From contig JBMORT010000006.1 in NCBI GenBank assembly GCA_049319825.1, positions 80,012 to 144,011 on the forward strand: DNA of 64,000 nt. Direction: 5' to 3'. Of this stretch, positions 26,549 to 36,809 are shown piece by piece. The translations under genes and the position numbers were made by a program. Source of the DNA: Patescibacteria group bacterium (GTDB taxonomy: Bacteria; Patescibacteriota; Patescibacteriia; UBA11705; DATKZF01). The stretch's first letter is position 1, and each line of letters opens with the position of its first letter. The notes under the pieces are model-generated. The model was not told where the DNA came from and did no database searches. It saw only the letters and a program-made list of their open reading frames with translations.

Positions 26549-29182
26549 ATGGAAAAGGCATACGAACCCCAAAAATTCGAGGATGAAATTTATAAAAAAT
26601 GGGAAGTAAAAGAATTATTCAATCCCGATAAAGTAAAAGAGCTCCGTGCTGTCGGCAGGGATTCTTTTTCGATCGTGCTGCCGCCGCCGAATGTCACCGG
26701 CACGCTTCATTTGGGCCACGCGGCCATGCTGGCGATCGAAGACCTGATGATCCGCTATCACCGCATGAAAGGATTTGATACGGTTTGGATCCCGGGAACT
26801 GATCACGCGGCCATTGCCACGCAAAATGTTGTGGAAAAGAAAATTTTGAAAGAAACCGGAAAAACCAGGCATGACCTGGGCCGGGAAAGATTTTTGGCGG
26901 AAGTTGAAAAATTTGTCATTCAGTCAAAGGATACCATTCATAAGCAAGTCCGCAAAATGGGCTCGAGCCTGGATTGGTCGAGAGAGGGTTATACCCTGGA
27001 CGAGACGCGAAGCCGGGCAGTGCGCAAAGTTTTTAAAATGATGTATGATGACGGTTTGATTTACCGCGGCTACAGAATTGTGAATTGGTGCCCGCGCTGC
27101 CAGTCCACTCTGGCTGACGATGAAGTTGAATATAAAGATGAGTCGACTAAGCTTTATTATTTCAAATACGATAAGAATTTTCCGATCACCATTGCCACCA
27201 CCAGACCGGAAACCAAGCTGGGTGACACGGCAGTGGCGGTCAATCCCGACGATGAGCGATATAAAAAATATGTCGGCCAGACTTTTGACGTTGATTTTGT
27301 CGGCGTGCCTTTGAAAATAAAAGTCATTGCCGATAAAGCAGTCGATCCGGCCTTCGGCACCGGAGCGCTCGGCGTGACGCCGGCTCACAGCATGGTTGAT
27401 TATGAAATGGCGCAAAAAAATAATTTGCCAATCATCAAGGTAATTGATGAAGAGGGCAAAATGACAGACAAAGTCGGAGATTTTTCCGGCATGACCGCGA
27501 TTGAAGCCAGAGAAGCGGTGGTTAAGGCCTTAGAAAAAGCCGGACTGCAGGAAAAAGTCGAGGACGCGGAGCACAAACTGTCCAGCTGCTACCGCTGCGG
27601 CACCGCGGTCGAGCCTCTGCCTTCAGAGCAATGGTTTGTCAGCGTGGATAAAAAAGTCAAGCGGATCGGCGGCCAGAGCTTAAAGGAAAAAGCGATTGAA
27701 GTGATTAAAAATAAAAAAATTGAAATCATTCCGGAAAGATTTGAAAAAGTATATTTAAACTGGATGGAAAATCTGCATGATTGGTGCATTTCGCGTCAGA
27801 TTTGGTTCGGCCATCGTATTCCTGTTTGGTATAAAGGCGAGGCAAGAGGCAAGAGGCAAGAGGCAGAAGTGTATGTGGGTGAAGAAGCGCCGGAGGGAGC
27901 AGGATGGGTTCAGGATGAAGATACGCTGGACACTTGGTTTTCTTCAGGTTTATGGACATTCACCACTTTGCTGAAAAAAGATTTTAAGGATTTTGAAAAA
28001 AAACATAATTCTGACCTAAAAAGATTTCATCCGATTTCGGTGATGGAAACAGCTTATGATATTTTGTTTTTCTGGGTGGCGCGAATGATTTTGATGACAA
28101 ATTATGTAATGGAAGAAATTCCATTTGAAAAAGTATATTTTCACGGCCTTGTCCGCGACAAGGAAGGCAAGAAGATGTCAAAATCCAGGCCGGAAACAGC
28201 CATTGACCCGATAATCGTCGGCGATAAATACGGCTATGACGCGGTGCGCCTGAGCTTTTTGATCGGCGCCACCCCGGGAAACGATGTCAGATTGTATGAA
28301 GAGAAAATCGAAGGTTTTCGAAACTTCGTCAATAAGCTTTGGAATATTTCTCGATTTATCATTTCTCAAACACAAGGAAAGACAGAAGTTAAGAAAGTGA
28401 AGCCAAAGACCTTGGCGGATAAATGGATTTTGTCGCGACTTAATACGGTTATCAAAGAAGTTACCGAGTCCTTAGATAGTTATCAGTTTTCCGCGGCCGG
28501 CGAAAAGCTGAGAGATTTCACGTATAATGAATTGGCTGACTGGTATCTGGAAGTCGCTAAAGTGGAAAAAGGCAAAGACGAAATCTTGGCGCATATTTTG
28601 GATAGCGTTCTGCGGCTCTGGCATCCGTTCGTGCCGTTTGTGACCGAAGCTATTTTCAGCGAGACAAGCAAGACAAGTATTATGATTCAGGATTGGCCGA
28701 AAGTAAGTAAGAGACTGATTGATGATCAGGCGGAAAAAGAATTTGTCAAAATAAAAGAAGTGATTACGGCCATCAGAAATTTGCGAGCTGAAAACAATGT
28801 CGAACCGGCCAAAAAAATCAAAGCGCAATTTGTTTGCCAGAAAAAGCTTAAAGAAGACGAAGCAATAATTAAAGCTTTGGCTCGATTAGATTCTATTGAG
28901 TATGTTGATGTGGCTGAAAAGCCCGCTGCTTCTGGCGTGGTTGAAGATATTGAAATTTATCTGCCGCTAAAGGGACTGATTGATATTGAAAAAGAAAAAT
29001 CCAGACTTGAAAAGGAAATTGAAAATGTAAAAAAGTACGTTGATTCACAGGAAAAGAAATTGGGTAATGATGAATTTGTCAAAAACGCGCCGGCAAATGT
29101 TGTGGAGGGCGAGAAAGCGAAGCTGGCGGAGGCAAAGGAAAAATTAGAAAAATTAAATAATCAATTAGAAGGATTAAAATAA
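26549..29182 (+). CDS. valS: Valine--tRNA ligase
   Basis: PPPNVTGTLHLGH, WIPGTDHA, DWCISRQIWFGH, KKMSKS, C-terminal coiled coil. Alternative ATG at 26543. Confidence 0.99.
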   Translation: MEKAYEPQKFEDEIYKKWEVKELFNPDKVKELRAVGRDSFSIVLPPPNVTGTLHLGHAAMLAIEDLMIRYHRMKGFDTVWIPGTDHAAIATQNVVEKKILKETGKTRHDLGRERFLAEVEKFVIQSKDTIHKQVRKMGSSLDWSREGYTLDETRSRAVRKVFKMMYDDGLIYRGYRIVNWCPRCQSTLADDEVEYKDESTKLYYFKYDKNFPITIATTRPETKLGDTAVAVNPDDERYKKYVGQTFDVDFVGVPLKIKVIADKAVDPAFGTGALGVTPAHSMVDYEMAQKNNLPIIKVIDEEGKMTDKVGDFSGMTAIEAREAVVKALEKAGLQEKVEDAEHKLSSCYRCGTAVEPLPSEQWFVSVDKKVKRIGGQSLKEKAIEVIKNKKIEIIPERFEKVYLNWMENLHDWCISRQIWFGHRIPVWYKGEARGKRQEAEVYVGEEAPEGAGWVQDEDTLDTWFSSGLWTFTTLLKKDFKDFEKKHNSDLKRFHPISVMETAYDILFFWVARMILMTNYVMEEIPFEKVYFHGLVRDKEGKKMSKSRPETAIDPIIVGDKYGYDAVRLSFLIGATPGNDVRLYEEKIEGFRNFVNKLWNISRFIISQTQGKTEVKKVKPKTLADKWILSRLNTVIKEVTESLDSYQFSAAGEKLRDFTYNELADWYLEVAKVEKGKDEILAHILDSVLRLWHPFVPFVTEAIFSETSKTSIMIQDWPKVSKRLIDDQAEKEFVKIKEVITAIRNLRAENNVEPAKKIKAQFVCQKKLKEDEAIIKALARLDSIEYVDVAEKPAASGVVEDIEIYLPLKGLIDIEKEKSRLEKEIENVKKYVDSQEKKLGNDEFVKNAPANVVEGEKAKLAEAKEKLEKLNNQLEGLK

Positions 29183-29245
29183 ATTTCTACCCGACTTTGG
29201 CCGGCTCATTTCGAGCCCACTAAAAGTGGGGTGGAATTTGACAAT

Positions 29246-30439
29246 ATGCCTATCGATACCAACGAACAACTTATCGAAGAATTACTTTCCCGCGGCGTGG
29301 AGAATATTTATCCGTCCAGAGAATTTTTGGAAGAAAAATTAAAAAGCGGCCAGAAGCTGACTCTGTATTTGGGAATCGATCCCACCGGACCGACCTTGCA
29401 TCTGGGGCACGCCATCCCATTACTTAAATTAAGGCAATTCCAGCAGCTCGGACATCAGGTTATCATGCTGATCGGCGACTTCACCGGCATGATCGGCGAC
29501 CCGACTGATAAAAGCGCCACCCGCGTCCGCCTGACCCGCGAGCAAGTTTTGGCAAATTGCAAAAATTATAAAAAGCAGGCGTCAAAAATTTTGGATTTCA
29601 CAGGCAAAAATAAAGTCGAAGTGAAATATAATTCCAAATGGCTGGCGAAAATGAGCTTTGCGGACATCGTTGAGCTTTCCGCTCATTTTACAGTGCAGCG
29701 GCTGCTCGAACGCGACATGTTTGAAAAAAGAATGAAGGAAGGGAAGCCTATTTATCTCCATGAATTCATGTATCCGCTGATGCAGGGGTATGATTCGGTG
29801 GCCATGAATGTGGACGGCGAGGTCGGCGGCAATGACCAGACTTATAATATGTTAGCCGGTAGAGATTTGATGAAATCTTTAACCGACAAAGATAAATTTG
29901 TGATCACCATGAAGCTTTTGGCCGATCCGACCGGAAAGAAAATGGGCAAGACCGAAGGCAATATGGTCGCTTTAAGCGACTCGGCTGAAGAAATGTTCGG
30001 TAAAGTGATGGCTTGGCCCGATGAACTGATTATTCCGGGTCTGGCGCTGGTCACCAGAGCGCCGCTTGAAAAAATCGAGGAAGTGGCGGCCCGGCTCGAT
30101 GCCGGTGAAAATCCCAGAAATTTCAAATTGGAATTGGCCAAGGAAGTGGTCAGGACTTTTGTCGGTACTGAGGAAGCGGAATCGGCTGAGCAAAATTTCG
30201 TCAAAGTCTTTTCGAAAAAAGAAAAGCCGGAAGAAATCAGTGAGGTGCCTGTCAGCTCTTACAATATTATTGACGCGCTGCTTGAAACGAAATCGGTGCC
30301 TTCCCGGTCAGAAGCGAAAAGGGCGATTGATCAAAAAGGCGTAAAGGTTAATGATACAATAGTTGAAGGCTATGATTTTGAATTGAAGTCCGGGGATTTG
30401 ATTCAGAAGGGGAAGCGGTTTTTTGTGAAGATAAAATAG
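29246..30439 (+). CDS. tyrS: Tyrosine--tRNA ligase
   Basis: YLGIDPTGPTLHLGH, YPLMQGYD, GGNDQ, KMGKT, C-terminal S4 domain. Confidence 0.99.
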   Translation: MPIDTNEQLIEELLSRGVENIYPSREFLEEKLKSGQKLTLYLGIDPTGPTLHLGHAIPLLKLRQFQQLGHQVIMLIGDFTGMIGDPTDKSATRVRLTREQVLANCKNYKKQASKILDFTGKNKVEVKYNSKWLAKMSFADIVELSAHFTVQRLLERDMFEKRMKEGKPIYLHEFMYPLMQGYDSVAMNVDGEVGGNDQTYNMLAGRDLMKSLTDKDKFVITMKLLADPTGKKMGKTEGNMVALSDSAEEMFGKVMAWPDELIIPGLALVTRAPLEKIEEVAARLDAGENPRNFKLELAKEVVRTFVGTEEAESAEQNFVKVFSKKEKPEEISEVPVSSYNIIDALLETKSVPSRSEAKRAIDQKGVKVNDTIVEGYDFELKSGDLIQKGKRFFVKIK

Positions 30440-30517
30440 AGTTTACGGATTATTACGGATATTACGGAAAAAAAATTAGTATAATTAGTATTCATTCGTA
30501 TATTAGCATCGATACAT

Positions 30518-32182
30518 ATGTATCAAAGCATTCTCAAAAAAATAATCCTAAAATTAATTGACACGGGTCCGGTTTTTAAAAACGTAAAGCCGGAAAATTT
30601 TACTTTTCCGCCAATGGTTGAACTGGGGGACCTGAGCTTGCCGGTTTTTGATTTGGCCGACGGCAATCCGGCTGAGTTTGCCGCGAGCCTGGCCGAAAAG
30701 CTCGGCTCAAATGAAGTTTGGGAAAAGGTTGAAGCTAAGGGGCCGTATCTGAATTTCTACTTTAAAGCAGAAGTTTGGGCGAAAGATTTCATTGAGGCAG
30801 CAGGTAAAAGGCAGCAGGCAGCTGGTCAGAAAGTGATGATTGAATATTCACAGCCCAATACGCATAAGGAATTTCATGTCGGGCATCTTAGAAACGCCTG
30901 TTTGGGCGCGGCCATTGTCAATTTGTATCGGTTCGCCGGCAATAAAGTGATTGCCGCCACCTATGTCAATGATGTCGGCCTGCATGTGGCCAAATGCCTG
31001 TGGGCGTATTTGAAATTTCATCAAGGCGAAGAGCCGGCCAGCGAGCAGACTAGGTTCCTCGGCAAAATTTATACTGAAGCGGTACAAAAAATGGAAAAGG
31101 ACGAGACTATTAAAAGCGAGGTTGATGAAATTTTAAAAAAGCTTGAGCGAAAAGACAAAGACATAATGAAATCATGGAAAAAAACTCAGAAGTGGAGCGT
31201 TGAAGATTTTAAGAGAATTTATAAACTGCTGGGAGTGAAATTCGACGAATGGTATTTTGAGAGCGATATTTTAGAAAACGGCAGAAAGATAGTCGGTGAC
31301 CTTTTGAAAAAAGGCATTGCCAAAAAAGACCAGGGCGCGGTTATTGTTGATTTGAAAAAATACAATCTTGACGTGCTGTTGATACTAAAGTCTGACGGCA
31401 CGACCTTGTACTCGACCAGTGACCTGGCCTTGGCCTACAAAAAAGCGAAAAAGAAAGTTGATGTCAGCATCTATGTTGTTGACAACCGGCAGACATTGTA
31501 TTTAAAACAAATATTCAAAACTTTAGCGCTGGCCGGATTTGAAGAAAAGATGGTTCATATCCCTTATGATTTTGTGAATTTGCCCGCAGGCGCGCTATCG
31601 TCTCGAAAGGGAAATATTGTTTCTTTTGACGAGCTTTTTAATAAGATGATGGAAAAAAGCATGGCCGAGACCCAGAAGAGACACAGCGATTGGCATGGCA
31701 AAAAGATAAAAGAAGTTGCTGAAAAGATTTCCTTAGCTGCCATAAAAATCGGAATGTTAAAGTATGGCAATAATAAAGTCATTACTTTTGACATGGATGA
31801 AGCGCTCAGCTTTGACGGCAAGACCGGCCCTTATCTTTTATATACATCCGCTCGAATCAATTCGATAAAGGAAAAATTGAAAACCGTCGGCGCTGCGGAT
31901 TACAGTTTGCTTGAGAAAACCGAGGAAAGAGAGCTGCTTAAATTACTGGCGAATAATGAAAATGAGATTGAAAGAGCATGCAGGGAAAATGATCCGTCGG
32001 TTCTGTGCAATTATTTATTTGATCTGGCCCAGGCTTTCAATGATTTTTACCAAAAGCATTCGATCATTCGCGCTGAGGATAAAAAACTGCGGGCAGCCAG
32101 ATTTAATCTGGCGCAGGCGGTGGGGAAAAAACTTCGTCAGGGATTGGGCCTGCTTAATGTGGAGTGGTTGGCGAAGATGTAG
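30518..32182 (+). CDS. argS: Arginine--tRNA ligase
   Basis: IEYSQPNTHKEFHVGHLRN, KSDGTTLY, LSSRKG, GPYLLY..ARI, DALR-type C-terminus. Confidence 0.98.
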   Translation: MYQSILKKIILKLIDTGPVFKNVKPENFTFPPMVELGDLSLPVFDLADGNPAEFAASLAEKLGSNEVWEKVEAKGPYLNFYFKAEVWAKDFIEAAGKRQQAAGQKVMIEYSQPNTHKEFHVGHLRNACLGAAIVNLYRFAGNKVIAATYVNDVGLHVAKCLWAYLKFHQGEEPASEQTRFLGKIYTEAVQKMEKDETIKSEVDEILKKLERKDKDIMKSWKKTQKWSVEDFKRIYKLLGVKFDEWYFESDILENGRKIVGDLLKKGIAKKDQGAVIVDLKKYNLDVLLILKSDGTTLYSTSDLALAYKKAKKKVDVSIYVVDNRQTLYLKQIFKTLALAGFEEKMVHIPYDFVNLPAGALSSRKGNIVSFDELFNKMMEKSMAETQKRHSDWHGKKIKEVAEKISLAAIKIGMLKYGNNKVITFDMDEALSFDGKTGPYLLYTSARINSIKEKLKTVGAADYSLLEKTEERELLKLLANNENEIERACRENDPSVLCNYLFDLAQAFNDFYQKHSIIRAEDKKLRAARFNLAQAVGKKLRQGLGLLNVEWLAKM

Positions 32183-32203
32183 AGTTTTTCACTGCTGTTT
32201 AGA

Positions 32204-32230
32204 GTGGATTCCCGCTTGCGCGGGAATGAC
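32204..32230. repeat. dRS3/CGTC-REP-like palindrome
   Basis: GTGG-ATTCCC-GCTTGCGC-GGGAAT-GAC matches the ATTCCC-N8-GGGAAT pattern. Confidence 0.7.
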
Positions 32231-32273
32231 AGCCGGGGCAGTGGAATAAAGCTCAGATTAAAAACTTGTTAAT

Positions 32274-32302
32274 AAAAAAATAGCCAGCCGGCTGTTTTTT
32301 TT
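32274..32302 (+). terminator. Probable terminator after argS
   Basis: A-run, TAGCC-AGCC-GGCTG, T-run. Confidence 0.55.
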
Positions 32303-32317
32303 GTATAATAAAAAAAG

Positions 32318-32391
32318 AAACTGGAAATTGTCCGCCAGAGGCGGATACGCCTTCGGCGGAGAAACCGGAAATTTGAAATTAGGGATTGGAA
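32318..32391. repeat. Double-hairpin REP-like unit in heptamer-rich flanks (second copy at ~61390-61460)
   Basis: AAACTGGAAATTGTCCGCCAGAGGCGGATACGCCTTCGGCGGAGAAACCGG versus AAACTGTAAATTATCCGCCGGAGCCGAATTCGCCCTTGGCGGAGAAATCGG. Confidence 0.7.
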
Positions 32392-32434
32392 TGTTTCCAA
32401 ATCGTTACGAATTGATATTAATCTCACTAAGTTT

Positions 32435-33118
32435 ATGAAGCTTAGAATTTTTGTATATTTTATTGTATTATTTTTACTGCCGGGCTCGGCGCTGGCCGTG
32501 GGCATGAGCGGCACGAATTACGAAATACCTTTCGACTCAATCAATATCGGCGGCAGTGATTTTTCCGGCTCTGCCAATTATTTGATGTTTGATACCATGG
32601 GCGAAGCCGGGACCGATTTTTCCAGCTCCGCAAATTATCAAATGAACGTGGCCGGTTATCGCCAAAAGGATTTGGTGACGACTTTAAGTTTATCGCTGAA
32701 CACCAGCAATTTGAATTTGGGTCAAATTAAGCCGTCTGAAAACGCCAGCGGATCGATCACCGCCACGGTGACCACCAATGCGGCCAACGGCTATGACCTT
32801 TATATTAAAAAAAATCAATTACTGACTTCGGCCGGGCACAGCATATCGGATTTCAGCGGCACGATCGCCGCGCCGATCGCTTGGAGCGGCGTTGGTTTCG
32901 GCTTCACGCTGATCAGCGGCACCGGTCTGGACATCAAATGGGGCAGCGGCGCCAATTTCGCCGCCGTTCCCGGAGCTTCAACTTTGACTCACACCAAACC
33001 GGCCCTGTCTTTGATCCCCGATGACACGCAATTCGGATTTAAGGTCGAACTTGATTCAAATCAATCGTCGGGCATATATTCAAACACCATTACTTTTACC
33101 GCCTTGCCGAAATTATGA
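32435..33118 (+). CDS. Secreted beta-sandwich protein, WxL/pilin-like
   Basis: Signal peptide; MSGTNYEI..DSINIGG..SANY module; LNLGQI, VTTNAANGY, C-terminal SGIYSNTITFTA strand. Confidence 0.7.
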   Translation: MKLRIFVYFIVLFLLPGSALAVGMSGTNYEIPFDSINIGGSDFSGSANYLMFDTMGEAGTDFSSSANYQMNVAGYRQKDLVTTLSLSLNTSNLNLGQIKPSENASGSITATVTTNAANGYDLYIKKNQLLTSAGHSISDFSGTIAAPIAWSGVGFGFTLISGTGLDIKWGSGANFAAVPGASTLTHTKPALSLIPDDTQFGFKVELDSNQSSGIYSNTITFTALPKL

Positions 33119-33978
33119 TGCGCGTTTCCAAAAAGATATTATTAATCAGCTTGATGCTATCGATATTAACGCCGCTATCGAGTATCGCCCAAACGCAAAT
33201 TTCATTGGCAGTGACGCCGCTCAAGCACGTTTTCAGCATCGAGCCCGGGCAAAGTCAGCAGGGAGAAATTTTTTTAAAGAATAATTCGACAGTCGCGTTA
33301 AAGGTCGTTCCCCGAGTGGTGGCTTTTCGGACGATCGACGATCAAGGCACTTTGGAGATCATCGAAGGCGATTTCACCGACTATGTTTCCTTGCCGGTGA
33401 GCGTGTTTGAGCTGATCCCCGGGGAAAGAAGACAAATAAATTTTAACGTTTTCGCTCCCGCCAATGAGAGTGGCGGACGTTATTTCGCCATATTATTCGC
33501 CGCCGATACTGTCGATCAGACAGCGGGGGCGTCTTTTTCGGGCGAGGTCGGCAGTTTGGTTTTTATGGAGATCCTTGGAGATATTTGGCATCAGACCGAA
33601 ATAAAGGATGTTCGATCAAAAAAAATTTACTGGAGTCAGCCGGAATTGTCGATCACTTTGGAAAATAAAGGCAATACGCACAGCGCGCCGTTTGGAGAAA
33701 TAAAATTTTTTAATCTATTCGGTCAGAAAAAAGAAACCGTCACCGCATTTTGGCCCCAGATATTGCCGGGCGGCGAACGGCAGCTGCATATTTCTCCGCG
33801 TGGAAATTTTTTCGGGTACTATAAAGCCCAAATCGGGCTAGTTGATAGCGAATGGAATTATTTAACCGAGGAAATCGATTTTTGGGTCTTGCCGAAAATT
33901 TATATTTTTGAAATTTTAATATTGCTGGCGGCGGCAATTTTTACAGCCGCGTTCATCAAGAAAAAATCCCATGCTTAA
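33115..33978 (+). CDS. DUF916/DUF3324-like (WxL-interacting, chaperone-like) membrane-anchored protein
   Basis: Signal peptide; LAVTP, IEPGQS, L.PGERRQINF, GGRYFAILF, LENKGNTH, ILPG, C-terminal TM + KKK; ATGA coupling. Confidence 0.7.
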   Translation: MMRVSKKILLISLMLSILTPLSSIAQTQISLAVTPLKHVFSIEPGQSQQGEIFLKNNSTVALKVVPRVVAFRTIDDQGTLEIIEGDFTDYVSLPVSVFELIPGERRQINFNVFAPANESGGRYFAILFAADTVDQTAGASFSGEVGSLVFMEILGDIWHQTEIKDVRSKKIYWSQPELSITLENKGNTHSAPFGEIKFFNLFGQKKETVTAFWPQILPGGERQLHISPRGNFFGYYKAQIGLVDSEWNYLTEEIDFWVLPKIYIFEILILLAAAIFTAAFIKKKSHA

Positions 33979-36697
33979 AGGAGGAAAATTAATCTTTGGC
34001 TTGATTCTGTGCGCCGCGTCATTGCTTGGCGGTGCGGTTTTTGGTTTGGCGGCTTCTTCGGATTCGACCGTTCAGGTCGAGGTGCTGCCGACGGGCGGCA
34101 ATATCACGCCGCCGCCGGATCAAGACCGAACCGCGCCGATTATTTCCAACATTCAAGTTATAAATATCACTGGCGATTCGGCCACCATCACTTGGGACAC
34201 GAGCGAGCCGGCGTCGTCGCTTATTTATTTCGGTGAAACCGCGGCCTACGGCCAATCCGTTGTTGACGGCAATTTATTAACCAGCCATTCTTTAAATATT
34301 TTCGGTTTGAACCCGGCAACGCTTTATCATTTTAACATCGTGGCCACCGACGCGGCGGCCAATTCAGCACAGTCCGGAGATTATACGTTCACGACCGCCT
34401 CAGCCGCCGGGTTATACGCGCCCGGTCCGCCGATTTTGGATGCCTGGTCCGCTTCGGTGATAAATTTGACAATCGATACCAACGGTAATGCCGGCGACGT
34501 GCTTTACGCGATCAACGAAACGACCACCGGCCGCTATCTGTCGCCGAGCGGCGCTCTGGTCGTGTCTCCGACTTGGCAAACATTCACCAGCTGGGGCAGC
34601 GCGTTTGGCAAAAACGTCATTGGTTTATCGGAAAACACCAGATATACTTTTCGCGTTAGAGCCAAAAACGATGCCGGCGAATCAGCTTGGTCGGAATCAT
34701 CATCGGCCTACACTTTAATCAATAAACCGACCAGTTTGATGTTGATCGATGCCGGTTTATATAATTTAATAATCCGCGCGCAGGGCACATTGCCCAATAT
34801 TGGGGCCGGGTCAACGGCTTTGCGGTTTGAAAATGTTTCGACCGGGCAGGTTTCCGGCTGGATCCCCAATTTAAGCTGGAATAACCTCGGTCTTAATCCC
34901 GGTAGTCCTTATTCTTTCCGGGTGAAAGCCAGAAACGGCGATGGGCGAGAGACCGATTATACCGAATTGTTCGTGTTCTCGACTCATTCCCAGCTGCCGC
35001 AGTGTAGCGACGGCCGCGACAATGATAACGATAATTTTATCGATTATCCGGCCGACTCGGGTTGTGACAGCCCCAATGACAACAATGAAGAAAATTTGGT
35101 TGAAATTCCCCGCCAATGCTCGGATGGTATTGATAATGACAGTGATGGATTTACGGATTATCCTACAGATCAGGGTTGTGTTAGCCCGGAGGATGATAAT
35201 GAGCAAGATGAAGAAATAATCGAACCCTTGCCCCAGTGCGCTGATGGCATTGATAATGATAACGACGGCTTTGTCGATTATCCGGCCGACCTGGGCTGCG
35301 TCAGCGCGACAGACGACAGCGAGCTTGAGCCGCCGGTGGTTTTACCGGCCTGCGCCGACGGCATTGATAATGACGGCGACGGTTTAATCGATTATCCGGC
35401 TGACCCGGGTTGCGCTTCCCAGCTTGACAATGACGAAGTTGACGTGATTTATGAAGAAGCGATCACGCCGTCCGTTTCCGAGCGCGTCTCGGAAAATATT
35501 GGGCAAGCGCTCGAGGTCATTAAGCGCAACGCGGCCGTGGCTTTCATGCTCGATAATTTTTTTAACGATCCGGCAGTGGAAGCCGTGACGGAAAAAGTCG
35601 GGTTTCCGGCGATCGCCGCCGTAACCGCCCTAAACATCATCTCTATTTTTTCATTGGCGGGAATATTGCCATACCTGCTGTTCGTTTTCAGTGAACCGAT
35701 TTTGATTTTATTCAAGAAAAAACGAAAGAAATTCGGGGTGGTTTATGATTCAATTACCAAAAAACCTGTTGATTTAGCGATTTTAAGACTTTATGAACAA
35801 AACACCAATAAACTGATTCAAACTCGAGTATCGGATAAAGACGGGCGATTCGCTTTCATCGTTGATCCGGGAACATATTATATCAAAGCGTTTAAAAAGG
35901 AATATCTTTTCCCGACAGTGGTTTTGCAAAATCAAAAAGAGGATGTTTTTTACATTGATTTGTATCACGGAGAAAATATCAGCGTCACAGAAAAAGTGAC
36001 GATTACTCCAAATATTCCGCTTGATCCGGAAAAAGCGACTGAGCCGGCGAAAAAAGTTTTGGTGGTTCACGCGCTACGTAAATTTCAGAAAGTCCTGGCG
36101 CTGCTTGGGCCGCTGGCCACGCTGGTTATTTTAATGATAAAGCCGAGCTGGATTTGGGTGTTGCTTTTGGCGTTGCACATTTTACTGTATATCATATTTC
36201 GGCGGCTGGCCATGCCCGGCAAACCAAAAAGTTGGGGCATTGTCGCGGATAATATCGATAAAAAGCCGTTGAACCGCGCCGTTGTGCGATTGTACGACAG
36301 TAAGTATAATAAATTGTTGGAAACCCAAGTGACTGATAATCAAGGCAGATACGGTTTTATCGCAGGAAAAAACATTTATTACATCACCGCGGAGCGCCGC
36401 GGCTATCAGCCGGAAAAAACCAATAACATCGAACAAAATAAGATTGAGGGAGAGGCGGTTACCAGAAATTTATTTATGCAGCCGGCGGGAAAAACGGTCA
36501 CGACGCAAACCGCGACCGCGCCGGCCGCGCCGGTGTCTCCGTCGCCGGCAATTCAGTCGCGCCCCGCGGTTAGAAATTTACCGCATCAGTGGCGCGGTGA
36601 GGAATCAGCACAGGAAATTAAAGAAGAAACAGCCGGTGAAGATTTTGAATTCAAGGAAAGGGCCAAGGATATAAATATTCCTTGGAGCCAGCAATGA
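33971..36697 (+). CDS. Membrane protein with FN3 domains, four Cys/Asp Ca-binding repeats and two carboxypeptidase-regulatory-like domains
   Basis: ITWDTSEP..GLNPATLYHF and two more FN3 domains; 4x C.DG.DND.DG..DYP.D.GC; TM segments; GVVYDSITKKPV..SDKDGRF and WGIVAD..TDNQGRYGF. Confidence 0.85.
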   Translation: MLKGGKLIFGLILCAASLLGGAVFGLAASSDSTVQVEVLPTGGNITPPPDQDRTAPIISNIQVINITGDSATITWDTSEPASSLIYFGETAAYGQSVVDGNLLTSHSLNIFGLNPATLYHFNIVATDAAANSAQSGDYTFTTASAAGLYAPGPPILDAWSASVINLTIDTNGNAGDVLYAINETTTGRYLSPSGALVVSPTWQTFTSWGSAFGKNVIGLSENTRYTFRVRAKNDAGESAWSESSSAYTLINKPTSLMLIDAGLYNLIIRAQGTLPNIGAGSTALRFENVSTGQVSGWIPNLSWNNLGLNPGSPYSFRVKARNGDGRETDYTELFVFSTHSQLPQCSDGRDNDNDNFIDYPADSGCDSPNDNNEENLVEIPRQCSDGIDNDSDGFTDYPTDQGCVSPEDDNEQDEEIIEPLPQCADGIDNDNDGFVDYPADLGCVSATDDSELEPPVVLPACADGIDNDGDGLIDYPADPGCASQLDNDEVDVIYEEAITPSVSERVSENIGQALEVIKRNAAVAFMLDNFFNDPAVEAVTEKVGFPAIAAVTALNIISIFSLAGILPYLLFVFSEPILILFKKKRKKFGVVYDSITKKPVDLAILRLYEQNTNKLIQTRVSDKDGRFAFIVDPGTYYIKAFKKEYLFPTVVLQNQKEDVFYIDLYHGENISVTEKVTITPNIPLDPEKATEPAKKVLVVHALRKFQKVLALLGPLATLVILMIKPSWIWVLLLALHILLYIIFRRLAMPGKPKSWGIVADNIDKKPLNRAVVRLYDSKYNKLLETQVTDNQGRYGFIAGKNIYYITAERRGYQPEKTNNIEQNKIEGEAVTRNLFMQPAGKTVTTQTATAPAAPVSPSPAIQSRPAVRNLPHQWRGEESAQEIKEETAGEDFEFKERAKDINIPWSQQ

Positions 36698-36809
36698 GCG
36701 GATTGGTAAATCAGGAGGCGAGTATGGACAGACTGCTGCCGCCTCGTTTCCATTTTCCAGTTTTCAATTCCTCGTTTGTGAATAACTTTTTAATTTAATC
36801 ATATAATTT

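Noticed and set aside
26373-30517. T-box riboswitches upstream of the synthetases
   Set aside because: The leaders are short, no T-box consensus (AAnnnGGGTGGnACCGCG-like) with terminator is seen, and the structures are explained by repeat elements.
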